From NCBI GenBank assembly GCA_016214885.1, contig JACRMP010000015.1:13420-77419 (forward strand): DNA of 64,000 bases. The letters are read 5' to 3'. The notes under the pieces are model-generated. The model was not told the origin of the DNA. It was given only the letters and a program-made list of their open reading frames with translations, and made no database searches. A program made the position numbers and the translations under genes. Of this stretch, positions 9,072-19,122 are shown piece after piece; the first letter of the stretch is position 1, and every line of letters starts with the position of its first letter. The DNA comes from Candidatus Gottesmanbacteria bacterium. GTDB lineage: Bacteria; Patescibacteriota; Microgenomatia; UBA10105; UBA927.

Positions 9072-9638
9072 TTAACCCAGCATTTTGAGGGCTGATTTTA
9101 TTTTGTGTTCGAGTGATCCCTCTATGGGTACCTTTTTGGCTGCCTCTTTTGCCTCTTTGCGGTCAAAGCCCATGGACATGAGAGCCGCGATCACTTGGTT
9201 TGTTTCCGGATTTTCTTCGCCGGAAAGGTCGAGGTCGGACGTACTCCCTAATTTGCTTTTGAGTTCTATGATTATTTTTTGCGCGTTCTTTTTTCCCAGG
9301 CGGGGGACAGCGGTAAAAAATTCGACATCAGATGCAATAATCGCCCGTTTGATGGTATCACTTCCCCGATCGAGTACCCCAAGTGCTGTTTTGGGGCCGA
9401 TGCCGGAAACACCCAAAAGCAGTTCAAAAAGACTCAGTTCGTCTTCGGTGGAAAATCCGAAGAGTATCAGCGCATCCTCGCGGACATGGGTGTAGGTAAG
9501 TAAGGAGATTTTTTCCCCAAGAATTGCCGTAGTGAGTAGCCGCTGCGGCACGTAAACCGCATATCCCACATCATGTACATCCAGCACGAGGGGATTATGG
9601 TGCATGCGGACAATGGTTCCGGTAAGTTGAGCGATCAT
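9072..9638 (-). CDS. ruvA: Holliday junction DNA-binding protein RuvA
   Basis: MIAQLTGTI... N-terminus, HhH motifs (GIGPKTA), order ruvC-ruvA-ruvB. Confidence 0.9.
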   Translation of the reverse strand: MIAQLTGTIVRMHHNPLVLDVHDVGYAVYVPQRLLTTAILGEKISLLTYTHVREDALILFGFSTEDELSLFELLLGVSGIGPKTALGVLDRGSDTIKRAIIASDVEFFTAVPRLGKKNAQKIIIELKSKLGSTSDLDLSGEENPETNQVIAALMSMGFDRKEAKEAAKKVPIEGSLEHKIKSALKMLG

Positions 9639-10135
9639 GATGTCTTTGTCTTTAACTTATACGAGAATCCATGGGTAACTGCAATAGCAAGGGCGTCGGC
9701 CGTGTCGTCGGGAGTGGGAACTTCTTTAAGCCGAAGGATGCGTGTTACCATTTTGCCTACCTGGGCTTTTTCTGCCGACCCGCTGCCGCAGATTGTTTTT
9801 TTGACGGTGCCGGGGCTGTATGAAGCAAGCGGAATATGCGCTTGGGCTGCCACCAGGAGGATAACGCCGCGCGCTTGGCCTACCGCAATTGCTGTTTTTG
9901 CATTGGTGGAAAAGTATAGGTCTTCGACCCCTATTTCGTCGGGGTGGTAAGTGTTGAGGAGTTTGGTGAACGAAGCATAAATCTGTGCCAAACGGTCCTG
10001 AGGCAGATCGATTTTATCGGTGGTTATGCATCCGTATGCCTTAGCGCGGATCACTCCCTTATCATCTTCTATAACACCCCACCCGACGCGCGCTGTCCCG
10101 GGATCTACACCTAGTATCGTTTTCATGTGTTCCAT
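9635..10135 (-). CDS. ruvC: crossover junction endodeoxyribonuclease RuvC
   Basis: ILGVDPGTARVGWGVI RNase-H-like N-terminus. Stop/start overlaps ruvA. Confidence 0.9.
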   Translation of the reverse strand: MEHMKTILGVDPGTARVGWGVIEDDKGVIRAKAYGCITTDKIDLPQDRLAQIYASFTKLLNTYHPDEIGVEDLYFSTNAKTAIAVGQARGVILLVAAQAHIPLASYSPGTVKKTICGSGSAEKAQVGKMVTRILRLKEVPTPDDTADALAIAVTHGFSYKLKTKTS

Positions 10136-10219
10136 TTATAACATGAGGGGTACTGTATTGCCATTGCCGGGGGGACAGGGTGTGTTTATGATATAGTCGA
10201 AGATAAGGAAGAGGTACGT

Positions 10220-12019
10220 GTGATGCCAAAGAAATTATTTATGTGGAAATGGGATATCCTCACCGTGCTGTGGGGTATATGGCTACTCACCATTATTTTA
10301 TTTTGCGTATTCATTATATATGCGTATCTCGTTGGCGCTGCAAAAATACCCCGGTTAGTTACAGACGCCTTCATACAAACAGCAATATTGGTTGATATAA
10401 CCGCAGGAGGAATTGCATTTGGGCTACTCGTATTCGTCGGTCTTTACCGGGTGTTCCTTAAAAGCAATATTGTCCGCGCGGGAAGCCCCGGTGCCATGGG
10501 AGTTATTTCATCTTATGTCCGGTATAGCGGTATACTGCTTATACTCCCGCTGTATCTTTTTTTCCGTCTCCTGAATCTGCCGAAGTTTATAGTACTTATC
10601 AGGACAAATAAACTCAGCTTAATACGGCCGGGATCGGTAATAAAACGGGTCGCCGAAATAATCACCGTCATTCTTATACTTCTTCCTGTTTGGATGGGTG
10701 TTTATTATCTCGCTGGATACGCCGTAGTAAATGCATTGGGATATGTCGCTGAGCCGCAGGCAATTTCAGGAACTGGATCCATGTATCCGACATTTCCCAA
10801 AGGAGAGGGTGATGATAAATTGGCATTATCCAAACAAGTGGTCGGTACTCCGGGAATGTTCCGGTATCCCAATGGATTGGTGGCTTTCGGCAAAAGATAT
10901 TTCGGGTATGAGCTGGGAAGAGGGGATATCGTCGTAGCGGAAAACAATGAGATCAGGGAGCGAACCCGGGAAACCTACGGCGAACCGGGTGGCTGGGTGA
11001 AACGGATTATCGGACTCCCGGGCGACACGCTGGAGCTGCGCAGCGGAACCGTATACCTTAACGGTGAGCCGATGAGGGAGAAATACACTGCCAAGCCCCA
11101 GTCTACCTTCGGCCAGGCATTTTTAGGGGAATGTAAAAAAATAACCGTTCCGGAAAATTCCTTATTCCTTATGGGCGATAATAGAAAAGGAAGCGGTGAT
11201 TCACGGGATATGGGGTTTGTCGGGGTTAATGCCGTTAATCACGTTATCCCCCTCAAAAGCCAGATCGGTGTGCTGGATCACGGATGGCGCGATACGGCTG
11301 CTGACTTTGATGACACAAATAAAATACGGCTGGATGTGGAGGAATATATCAGACTTCTCAACGAGAAACGGAGGGAAGCAGGAGTCAAGCCGGTTTCGTA
11401 TCAGGCAAAACTTGCTATATCAGCTGAGAAGCGCGGGGAAGTAATGCTCAAATACGACGATTTTTCCTTTGAAGCGACCCGCAGCGGCTATACAATGTCC
11501 GACGCCATGCGGGATGCAAATTACTCCAATATTGTTTGGGGCGAAGCGCCAACACTAGGGTATTATGAAGCGGAGGAGCTCATAGAAAATCAGTTTCAGT
11601 TTCCGGAATCCAAAAAGTTTTTGCTTGATGCTACGTTCCAGGATGTGGGGGTAAGTGAAGTTGTTGGTGCCATAAACGGGTGCCCCACCCAGGTTATCGT
11701 GGCGCATTTTGCCGGCTATGTGCCGCCTAATTATACGAAAGAAGTGGTGGACTCATGGAAGCTCGCCCTTACCCGGCTTATGGAGATACAGCCGGGGTGG
11801 AATAGTCTCACTAACGTGTTTTCCGTGTATGATGCCCATAAAGAGGAAGTAAACCGCATGAACGAAATCATCGCCATACGGATAACGAATATCCGCAGTA
11901 TTGTATCCAGGATGGAAGCAAACCAATGGCTTACGGCGGAGCAGAATGCATTTATACGTATTGATGAACAATTAGCCAAAGAGCAGGATTCATTGGCCAC
12001 AAAATTGAACAGTTACTGA
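10220..12019 (+). CDS. lepB: signal peptidase I (S26) with polytopic N-terminal region and C-terminal CAP/SCP (YkwD-like) domain
   Basis: ~170 aa holding 4-5 TM segments. S26 boxes SMYPTF (catalytic Ser), RGDIVV, GDNRKGSGDSR. C-terminal ~230 aa has a CAP-domain-like pattern (...VIVAHFAGY). Confidence 0.7.
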   Translation: MMPKKLFMWKWDILTVLWGIWLLTIILFCVFIIYAYLVGAAKIPRLVTDAFIQTAILVDITAGGIAFGLLVFVGLYRVFLKSNIVRAGSPGAMGVISSYVRYSGILLILPLYLFFRLLNLPKFIVLIRTNKLSLIRPGSVIKRVAEIITVILILLPVWMGVYYLAGYAVVNALGYVAEPQAISGTGSMYPTFPKGEGDDKLALSKQVVGTPGMFRYPNGLVAFGKRYFGYELGRGDIVVAENNEIRERTRETYGEPGGWVKRIIGLPGDTLELRSGTVYLNGEPMREKYTAKPQSTFGQAFLGECKKITVPENSLFLMGDNRKGSGDSRDMGFVGVNAVNHVIPLKSQIGVLDHGWRDTAADFDDTNKIRLDVEEYIRLLNEKRREAGVKPVSYQAKLAISAEKRGEVMLKYDDFSFEATRSGYTMSDAMRDANYSNIVWGEAPTLGYYEAEELIENQFQFPESKKFLLDATFQDVGVSEVVGAINGCPTQVIVAHFAGYVPPNYTKEVVDSWKLALTRLMEIQPGWNSLTNVFSVYDAHKEEVNRMNEIIAIRITNIRSIVSRMEANQWLTAEQNAFIRIDEQLAKEQDSLATKLNSY

Positions 12020-12042
12020 TTAAAAAACGGTATACTAGTCTT

Positions 12043-12423
12043 ATGCCACTATTTCAGTTTATCGGGGCAGCAATCGGAGGAAGTGTTGTCATCGCTTTTG
12101 CCAGTCTCATATGGCCGAGGATCTCGTCTGACCCGAGGCCTACAGCGCTAACCAAAGTGAGGGATATGGTCATAGAAACACCAGCCGGGGCCAATCTTGC
12201 CAACGTGCTCGGTGTAGCCGATGAATCAGCCGCTGAGCCCATAAATATAAGCGACCTCGTAACCACCGGTACCAATGCGGTTATCAATACGGTGGCAACC
12301 ACGGCGCAACGGACAGTGACTAACCGGATGCTAGAGACGTTAGCGGGCCAGTTTAACGGTCTTCCTGAAGAGGATAAGGCTTCATTCCGCGCGCAGATCT
12401 GTGATCCCGCGCCCCAGCAATAA
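12043..12423 (+). CDS. hypothetical secreted/membrane-anchored protein
   Basis: 126 aa with an N-terminal hydrophobic segment. TATACT sits 6 nt upstream of the ATG. An antisense ORF overlaps it, so strand choice is uncertain. Confidence 0.35.
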   Translation: MPLFQFIGAAIGGSVVIAFASLIWPRISSDPRPTALTKVRDMVIETPAGANLANVLGVADESAAEPINISDLVTTGTNAVINTVATTAQRTVTNRMLETLAGQFNGLPEEDKASFRAQICDPAPQQ

Positions 12424-12426
12424 TGG

Positions 12427-13530
12427 TCATTTTTTTTTGGTGCTGACAAGGCTCCATGATGCAATAAGTGTGGTAAGGGGAACGGCTATAATAAGTCCGA
12501 AGCTGCCCGACAGTGTGCGTACAATTTCTTCCACAATCAATTCACTATTAAGTATCGACCAAAGAGGGTAATGGTTAGGATTGGTTACCAGAATGATAAA
12601 AATAGGCAGTGATGCTCCCGCATAGGCAAGTACTAATGTATTTACCAGTGACGATACATGTTCCCTTCCTACGCGGAGACCGGCACCCATCAGTTCAATG
12701 AACGTAAGTTTTGCATTTGCCCGGTAGAGTTCAAATACGGCTGCCGTAAGCCCGGTCGTCACATCGTCCAAAACACCAAGCGCACCGATCAGAATACCTC
12801 CCAGCAATAAACCGCGGAAGTTGACGATAGACAGCGCACCTAATTTGAGCGAGTATGCATCCTCACTCCCAAGTCCTGTCAGGTGGAGTGAATGTACAAA
12901 GAATACGGAAAGTATTCCCGTAATGAGAAGTGTCAACGCGGTAGCGGCAAGGGCAACGGTGGTTTGTCGGGAAAACCCGTGAGCCAGATATATGGTTGTG
13001 ATCATGATGGCAAGTGACCCAAGTATGCTGATGGTGAGTGGATCATGACCCGCAAGAATACTGGGGACTATGTATTTGGCGATAACCAACAGGCTTATTC
13101 CCATGCCGATTATTGATCCGATGCCCCGCCATTGGCTGAGCAGGATAACACCCGCCGCAAATGCGACAAGAAATGGAACGAGGAGGTTAAGGCGGTAACG
13201 GTCGATAATCTGAAAAGTTGGAGCACCGTCGGTTCCCGTTGTTTCAAGCACGACTACTGTTTGTCCCGGTGCTACAAATTTGTCCTTATCTATGGAAAAA
13301 AGCGATCCATGATCCACTGTAATTGTTTTGTTCCTCAGATTGCCGTCAAGAAAGGTGACTTCTACAATCTGATAGGGAAGGCTCATGCCGTTATTGGTGC
13401 GCACTCCTTCTTCTGCCACCTTTTCTACACGTGCCCGGTGCTGGGAGTCCTGCAACTGCTGGGCGTATACGGGAGGAACTATAACAGAGAGAAAAATAAC
13501 GACCGCGGAGACGAATAGCAGTATGCGCAT
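12427..13530 (-). CDS. YibE/F-family membrane protein
   Basis: Signal/TM, a ~110-aa extracytoplasmic domain, then about 8 TM segments. Confidence 0.5.
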   Translation of the reverse strand: MRILLFVSAVVIFLSVIVPPVYAQQLQDSQHRARVEKVAEEGVRTNNGMSLPYQIVEVTFLDGNLRNKTITVDHGSLFSIDKDKFVAPGQTVVVLETTGTDGAPTFQIIDRYRLNLLVPFLVAFAAGVILLSQWRGIGSIIGMGISLLVIAKYIVPSILAGHDPLTISILGSLAIMITTIYLAHGFSRQTTVALAATALTLLITGILSVFFVHSLHLTGLGSEDAYSLKLGALSIVNFRGLLLGGILIGALGVLDDVTTGLTAAVFELYRANAKLTFIELMGAGLRVGREHVSSLVNTLVLAYAGASLPIFIILVTNPNHYPLWSILNSELIVEEIVRTLSGSFGLIIAVPLTTLIASWSLVSTKKK

Positions 13531-13591
13531 GGTGCTATTTTAGCAGGATAATTACATAGCGTGAACCATGGGGTAAACGGTTTGCCATATA

Positions 13592-13620
13592 TTGACAAAT
13601 GCAAGTTACTTGCATATACT
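13592..13620 (+). promoter_or_regulatory. sigma70-like promoter with embedded palindromic operator (putative Zur/Fur box)
   Basis: TTGACA, 17-nt spacer, TATACT. The spacer and -10 contain the perfect palindrome ATGCAAGT-T-ACTTGCAT (13599-13615). The ATG of the Fur-family gene lies 7 nt after the -10. Confidence 0.5.
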
Positions 13621-13627
13621 GCAGTTA

Positions 13628-14059
13628 ATGAAATCCGTTTCCAATCCACATGATTGTAGGGAAGAGCTTCGTAGGCTTGAAATGCGGGTTACACCTGCGC
13701 GTTTAGGGGTGCTTGATGTTTTGGAACACGCCGAAGTACCGCTCGATGTATCCACCGTTATTGCTTATTTGGACAAGCAACAGATACCGGCCGATGAAGT
13801 AACCGTATTCCGGATACTGAACGCATTCAGCAAAAAGGGTCTCATTCGTCCGGTGCAGTTTAACGAAGGCAAGCTCCGTTATGAATATGCGGATAAACCA
13901 CCGCATCACCATTTTATCTGTGAGCAGTGCGGGAGTGTGTCTGATGTTGAGGGATGTGTTGTGGGGGAATTGGAAAAGCAAATTGAAAAAAAGACAGGTG
14001 CCCGGGTGACCAGGCATTCGTTGGAATTTTTCGGAATCTGCCGGAGGTGCGGGGTATGA
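13628..14059 (+). CDS. zur: Fur-family metalloregulator (probably Zur)
   Basis: Winged-helix N-terminus, HHHFICEQCG...C metal-binding motifs, co-operonic with a ZIP transporter. Confidence 0.75.
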   Translation: MKSVSNPHDCREELRRLEMRVTPARLGVLDVLEHAEVPLDVSTVIAYLDKQQIPADEVTVFRILNAFSKKGLIRPVQFNEGKLRYEYADKPPHHHFICEQCGSVSDVEGCVVGELEKQIEKKTGARVTRHSLEFFGICRRCGV

Positions 14060-14802
14060 CAACGTTTTATGTGATGCTGTCCGTTATTATAGTAAGTCTT
14101 TTATCGCTCGTCGGTGCAGGATTTATTATTTTCCGGAGAAAAAGTATCACCTCCATGATTACGTATGCCTTGGCATTTTCGTCCGGCGTCATGTTGGGTT
14201 CTACCTTCTTTGACCTGCTTCCTGAAAGTGTAGAGCTCCTCCCTGATGCAGCATTTACCTATGTCCTTGCCGGATTTGTATCTTTTTTTGCACTGGAAAA
14301 ACTTATTTCATGGCACCACCATGTTGAGGGGCGTCACGTACATGAGGAAAAGCCGGTGGCAATCCTTACACTTATTGGGGACGCCATCCATAATTTTGTT
14401 GATGGTGCTGTTATTGCCGGAGCTTATTTGGTGTCGGTGCCGTTGGGGGTGACGACTACCCTTGCTGTTATTGCACATGAGATTCCGCATGAGCTTAGTG
14501 ATTTTCTGATTCTTATCCACGGGGGATTATCCAACAGAAGGGCGCTTGTATATAACTATATTTCCGCGGCAACGGCCATTTTGGGAGCTATGGTTGTGCT
14601 GTTTGTTTCGGATAGAGTCGGTATTCTGGAACAGTATCTTATCCCGGTGGCTGCGGGTAATTTTCTTTACATCGTGGCGAGCGATCTTATCCCCGAGCTC
14701 TTAACGAAGCGAAAGGGAAGTGAATCAGTGTGGCAGCTCTTGCTTTTGGCTGCAGGTCTTATGGTGGTGCCCCTCGTTTCCCGCCTCTTTGGCGCCGTGT
14801 AA
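14056..14802 (+). CDS. zupT: ZIP-family zinc/iron permease (ZupT-like)
   Basis: 8 [15 protein letters not shown] and [14 protein letters not shown] signatures. ATGA overlap with zur. Confidence 0.8.
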   Translation: MTTFYVMLSVIIVSLLSLVGAGFIIFRRKSITSMITYALAFSSGVMLGSTFFDLLPESVELLPDAAFTYVLAGFVSFFALEKLISWHHHVEGRHVHEEKPVAILTLIGDAIHNFVDGAVIAGAYLVSVPLGVTTTLAVIAHEIPHELSDFLILIHGGLSNRRALVYNYISAATAILGAMVVLFVSDRVGILEQYLIPVAAGNFLYIVASDLIPELLTKRKGSESVWQLLLLAAGLMVVPLVSRLFGAV

Positions 14803-14824
14803 TCATGCTACAATAAGTAGCAAC

Positions 14825-15832
14825 ATGGACGAAGATCTTAAAAAACGCGCCACGGAACTCCTTATACGCCTTGATATGGACGGAATGCGTAAGCATATCC
14901 GTGAGCTGGAAGCGCAAAGTATGCATGAAAATTTCTGGAAAGATCCGGAAACTGCTGCAGGAATTATGCAGGAGCTTGCAGCTTTGCAAAAAGAACTATC
15001 CGAAGCTGAAGACTTTTCCCTGCTTCTCGAACTCGGGGAGGAAGAAAAGCTGCGGAGTGAAATAACCCGGCTTGAATTTGCTCTCTATTTGTCCGGCGAG
15101 TATGACAAAGGCAACGCGATCATAGCGCTTCATGCCGGCCAGGGAGGCACCGAAGCCATGGATTGGACACAGATGTTATACCGGATGTATACGCGCTATA
15201 TAGAGCGTAAAGGATGGAAGATGGAGGAAATGGATTATACCCCGGGGGACGAGGCGGGAATAAAAAGTGTCACTTTAGAGGTAACGGGGCGGTTTGCCTT
15301 CGGTTTTCTGAAAGCTGAGGCGGGTGTACACCGTTTGGTGCGTCAGTCGCCGTTTAACGCGGATAAGCTTAGACAGACATCGTTTGCCATGGTGGAGGTG
15401 CTCCCTATCGTCAACGAAGTGGGGGTAGAGTTCCGTGAAGAAGATTTGGAATGGGAGTTTTATAGAAGCGGAGGAAAAGGCGGGCAGAATGTAAATAAGG
15501 TTTCTACCGCCGTACGGCTTAAACATAAGCCTACCGGTATTATTGTCGCGAGCCAGGCACAGCGGTATCAGGGGCAAAACCGTGAGTTTGCCATCAAAAT
15601 GCTGAAGGCTAAACTGTGGGAGATGGAAGAAGCGAAACGGAGAAGCCAGGATAAGGCATTCAGAGGTGAGTATAAAACTCCCGGCTGGGGCAATCAAATA
15701 CGTTCGTATGTTCTTCACCCGTATCATATGGTAAAGGATTTGCGCACTGAATACGAAACAAGTGCAACAGACAAAGTGCTCGACGGTGATTTGGAAGATT
15801 TCATCCTGGCATACTTGAAAAAATATTCATAA
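14825..15832 (+). CDS. prfB: peptide chain release factor 2
   Basis: SPF tripeptide (RQSPFNADK), GGQ motif in the context [13 protein letters not shown]2 domain order. Single open frame, no frameshift site. Confidence 0.85.
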   Translation: MDEDLKKRATELLIRLDMDGMRKHIRELEAQSMHENFWKDPETAAGIMQELAALQKELSEAEDFSLLLELGEEEKLRSEITRLEFALYLSGEYDKGNAIIALHAGQGGTEAMDWTQMLYRMYTRYIERKGWKMEEMDYTPGDEAGIKSVTLEVTGRFAFGFLKAEAGVHRLVRQSPFNADKLRQTSFAMVEVLPIVNEVGVEFREEDLEWEFYRSGGKGGQNVNKVSTAVRLKHKPTGIIVASQAQRYQGQNREFAIKMLKAKLWEMEEAKRRSQDKAFRGEYKTPGWGNQIRSYVLHPYHMVKDLRTEYETSATDKVLDGDLEDFILAYLKKYS

Positions 15833-15835
15833 GCC

Positions 15836-16318
15836 GTGATAATGGATAATATGAGACAAACACCACAGGAAGTTCCTCAGGATAATGTACTCCGTCCGCT
15901 TGATGCAAAAGGAAATGCCATAGATATGAAGCAGACAAAAAAAGATGCCGTAGTTGTATTGGTGGTATATATCGTGCTTATGCTCTTTGGAGTAGGAACA
16001 GGATACCTTCTGAGTCAAAAGAGTAGTAGCGTACTTACCCCTAAGGGAACGCCGATTACTACCAATAAAGTCGTGGGTGTCCAGGACGCCTCGACGTTTA
16101 AGGACTGTGCGACAGGTAAAATCGAAAAAGAGGGATTTGAAGGAGAGGGAACCCATAAGCTTATCCGTGATGGTGGACCGTCACAGACGGCATATCTTAT
16201 TTCATCCATCGTAGATCTTGATCAGTATGTTAATTTAACCGTGAAAGTATGCGGCCAGACACTGGGTGCCAAAAAAGTTTCGTGGCTCATGGATGTAGGC
16301 CGCCTTGAACTTGAATGA
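15836..16318 (+). CDS. hypothetical membrane-anchored protein
   Basis: 160 aa, one TM then a soluble domain. Lies between prfB and ftsE. Confidence 0.4.
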   Translation: MIMDNMRQTPQEVPQDNVLRPLDAKGNAIDMKQTKKDAVVVLVVYIVLMLFGVGTGYLLSQKSSSVLTPKGTPITTNKVVGVQDASTFKDCATGKIEKEGFEGEGTHKLIRDGGPSQTAYLISSIVDLDQYVNLTVKVCGQTLGAKKVSWLMDVGRLELE

Positions 16319-17043
16319 TTAACTTCAATAACGTCTCCAAATATTATCCCGGTAAAGTTCCGGGACTCGTTGACGTAACCCTGGAAATACCGGCAGGTGA
16401 TTTTGTATTTTTGATCGGTCCGTCAGGCAGCGGTAAAACAACATTCCTGCGCCTCCTTATCCGGGATCTGGTTGCATCTGCCGGCACGCTTACTATTGAT
16501 GAAACTGACGTAAGCCGTTTAACCAGCAGTAACCTGTATTTACTGCGGAGAAAAGTCGGTATCGTATTCCAGGATTTTAAATTACTTCTCGACCGCACGG
16601 TGTTTGAAAATGTAGCGATGGTTTTGGAGATACTCGGTAAACCGGATAAAGAAATAGAGCAGGGGGTTATGAATGTGCTGCAGCTGGTGGGACTAGCTGA
16701 TAAAAAAAATCTTTTTCCTATGCAGCTTTCGGCGGGTGAAATGCAGCGGACAGCAATAGCCCGAGCAATCGTCGGAGGACCTAAGATTCTTTTAGCTGAC
16801 GAACCGACCGGTAATCTGGATCCAGACACTGCGTGGGGAATTATGGATATTCTGCAGGAGATTCATGGACTGGGGACCACGGTCATTGTTGCCAGCCACA
16901 ACGCCGATATTGTAAACAAAATGAGGAAAAGGACGCTTACCGTCCAGCATGGTAAAGTTGTACGCGACGAGGCCAAGGGGCACTATCATCTCGAAAAACA
17001 TACCAAGTCAGCCAAGGGAGGAAAACACGATGCCGCTCACTAG
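16315..17043 (+). CDS. ftsE: cell-division ABC ATPase FtsE
   Basis: Walker A GPSGSGKTT, LSAGEMQRTAIARAI, Walker B LLADEPTGNLD, followed by ftsX. Confidence 0.85.
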   Translation: MINFNNVSKYYPGKVPGLVDVTLEIPAGDFVFLIGPSGSGKTTFLRLLIRDLVASAGTLTIDETDVSRLTSSNLYLLRRKVGIVFQDFKLLLDRTVFENVAMVLEILGKPDKEIEQGVMNVLQLVGLADKKNLFPMQLSAGEMQRTAIARAIVGGPKILLADEPTGNLDPDTAWGIMDILQEIHGLGTTVIVASHNADIVNKMRKRTLTVQHGKVVRDEAKGHYHLEKHTKSAKGGKHDAAH

Positions 17044-17923
17044 AGAAGTACGCACCCATATACGAAGAAGCCCATACCAGGCGATGGCAGCAACACTTAC
17101 CATGTTTCTGACGTTTTTGGTTGGGGGCGTATTCTTTTTGGCGACGATGGCGTCGGTAAGCATCCTCGGCTATTTTGAGGGTAAACCCCAAGTTACGGTA
17201 TTTTTTACCCCAAAGGCAGGAGTGGTTGAAGCGGATAAGCTGAAAGCAACACTTGAAGCGACGGGTAAGGTATCAGGAACCCATTTTGTTTCAAAGGAGG
17301 ATGCGCTTGCCATATACCGCCAGCAAAACCAGAACGATCCGTTGCTTCTTGAGATGGTAACGGCGGATATTCTTCCCGCTTCACTCGAAATATCGGCAAA
17401 TAACCCGCAGGACTTGTCGGAGCTGGCGCGGGTTATCGAAGGTAGCGAAGGGGTGGATGAAGTGGTGTACCAACGGGATGTTGTGGACTCATTATTATCT
17501 TGGACAAATGCTATACGCCTGGTAGGCGGCATACTTGCCTTACTGTTAGTCCTTGATTCACTGCTTATCATCGGAACGGTTATTGCCATGAAGATAGCCC
17601 TTAAGCGCGACGAAATAGAAATATTAACCCTTGTCGGCGCCTCCCCCTGGACTATACGAGCCCCCTTTATCCTTGAAGGAGGATTCTACGGATTGGTCGG
17701 GGCAGGAAGTGCTTCGCTTTTATTAAGCGCGCTTTTGATTTGGCTCCGGCCGTATTTATATGCGTTTTTAAGTTCCATACCCGCGCTGAAAACGCTTTTA
17801 AGCAGCGCCGTAGCTTCTGAGTTTCTTATTGCTGTGGCCGTATTTTTAGCGGGTAATGTACTTATCGGATTTTGCCTGGGAGCGCTTGGTAGCTCGATCG
17901 CTATCAGGAGATATCTAAAATAG
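17030..17923 (+). CDS. ftsX: cell-division permease-like protein FtsX
   Basis: N-terminal TM, periplasmic domain, C-terminal 3-TM FtsX fold. GGGAGG SD. 14-nt overlap with ftsE. Confidence 0.8.
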   Translation: MPLTREVRTHIRRSPYQAMAATLTMFLTFLVGGVFFLATMASVSILGYFEGKPQVTVFFTPKAGVVEADKLKATLEATGKVSGTHFVSKEDALAIYRQQNQNDPLLLEMVTADILPASLEISANNPQDLSELARVIEGSEGVDEVVYQRDVVDSLLSWTNAIRLVGGILALLLVLDSLLIIGTVIAMKIALKRDEIEILTLVGASPWTIRAPFILEGGFYGLVGAGSASLLLSALLIWLRPYLYAFLSSIPALKTLLSSAVASEFLIAVAVFLAGNVLIGFCLGALGSSIAIRRYLK

Positions 17924-17937
17924 TATCAGTACCCCGC

Positions 17938-19077
17938 ATGAGAACATTACTTCGGACGGTCACCATACTGCTCCTTCTCCTGCTCGTAGTATCACGGGTT
18001 TCTGCCCAGACGGCTGAACAAAATGAAAAGACAATTCAGGAGCTTAAGGATAAAATTTCCAGTCTTCAGACAGAGCAGAATACATTGTCAAAGCAGATAA
18101 CGCTTCTGGATTCCCAGATAAAGCTAACCGAGCTTCAGATCGGTTCCACGGAGAAAAAAATTGACGTCCTGGAAAATGAAATCGGGGAGTTGGCAGGAGA
18201 AATAAGCAGGTTGGAGGATCTTAAAACCAAACGGCTGGAGCTTGTGCTTCACCGGATACCACAGTCATATAAGCGGGCGTCTTCATCCCAATTTGGGTGG
18301 CTGCTTTTTAGCGACAACTTTTCCGAGCTTCTGACGCGCGCTAAGTATCTTGTTCAGGTGCAGGAGGAGGATACGACGCTGTATAAACAGCTTCAGCTGA
18401 CCCAAATGAACTATAACGAGCGGCGCGACGTCCGCGAGGCAAAAAAACTGGAACAGGAAACGCTGCGGAAAACACTTGAAAAACACACGAAAGACCTGGC
18501 TACCCAAAAAAAGCAGAAACAGGGCTTACTGGATCAGACCAAAAGCAGCGAGGTGGTATATCAGCGGTTGCTCGCCCAGGCTTTGGCGGAAAAGCAGGCG
18601 TTGGAGCGTGCTCTTGTAGATTCGGTTAAAGTTGGTCCGGTAAAGAAGGGTGACCCTATTGCCCTTGTGGGTAATACCGGTTTTCCCGGCTGTTCAACAG
18701 GCGCTCACCTCCATTTTGAAGTCCGGCAGGGGAGTAGCTGGGTGGATCCTTCTTCGTATCTTTCTAACAAAACGGTGAAGGATGAGCAGGGGGGCGGCGA
18801 TTGGACCGTGGGGAGCGGCAGCTGGAATTGGCCGTTATCCGATACGATCCGTTTAACCCAGCACTTCGGTAAAACTCCCTGGTCCTGGCGTTACGGCTAT
18901 TCGGGCGGCATCCATACGGGTTTTGACATGATATCGACGGGCAGCGAGGTGATACGCGCCCCCGCTGATGGTGATTTGTATTCTTCTTCTCAGTCATGCG
19001 GAACAAGCAGTGTTATAAAGATTAAATATATAGAACACGGGGGCGGTCTTATTAGTTTTTATCTTCATGTGCAATAA
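17938..19077 (+). CDS. M23 family metallopeptidase with N-terminal coiled coil (EnvC-like activator/peptidase)
   Basis: Signal peptide, ~200-aa heptad-rich coiled coil, then the M23 signature GNTGFPGCSTGAHLHFEV. Position right after ftsEX matches the ftsE-ftsX-envC arrangement. Confidence 0.8.
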   Translation: MRTLLRTVTILLLLLLVVSRVSAQTAEQNEKTIQELKDKISSLQTEQNTLSKQITLLDSQIKLTELQIGSTEKKIDVLENEIGELAGEISRLEDLKTKRLELVLHRIPQSYKRASSSQFGWLLFSDNFSELLTRAKYLVQVQEEDTTLYKQLQLTQMNYNERRDVREAKKLEQETLRKTLEKHTKDLATQKKQKQGLLDQTKSSEVVYQRLLAQALAEKQALERALVDSVKVGPVKKGDPIALVGNTGFPGCSTGAHLHFEVRQGSSWVDPSSYLSNKTVKDEQGGGDWTVGSGSWNWPLSDTIRLTQHFGKTPWSWRYGYSGGIHTGFDMISTGSEVIRAPADGDLYSSSQSCGTSSVIKIKYIEHGGGLISFYLHVQ

Positions 19078-19122
19078 ATCATACAGAAGCATCGCATCTG
19101 TACTGATACACTTATATTCCGC

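Noticed and set aside
14720-14825. N-terminal extension or +1 frameshift for prfB overlapping the zupT 3' end
   Set aside because: The upstream in-frame codons encode a Cys/Trp-rich peptide unlike any RF2 N-terminus, and no CUU UGA shift site is present. ATG 14825 gives an N-terminus that aligns with RF2 domain 1.
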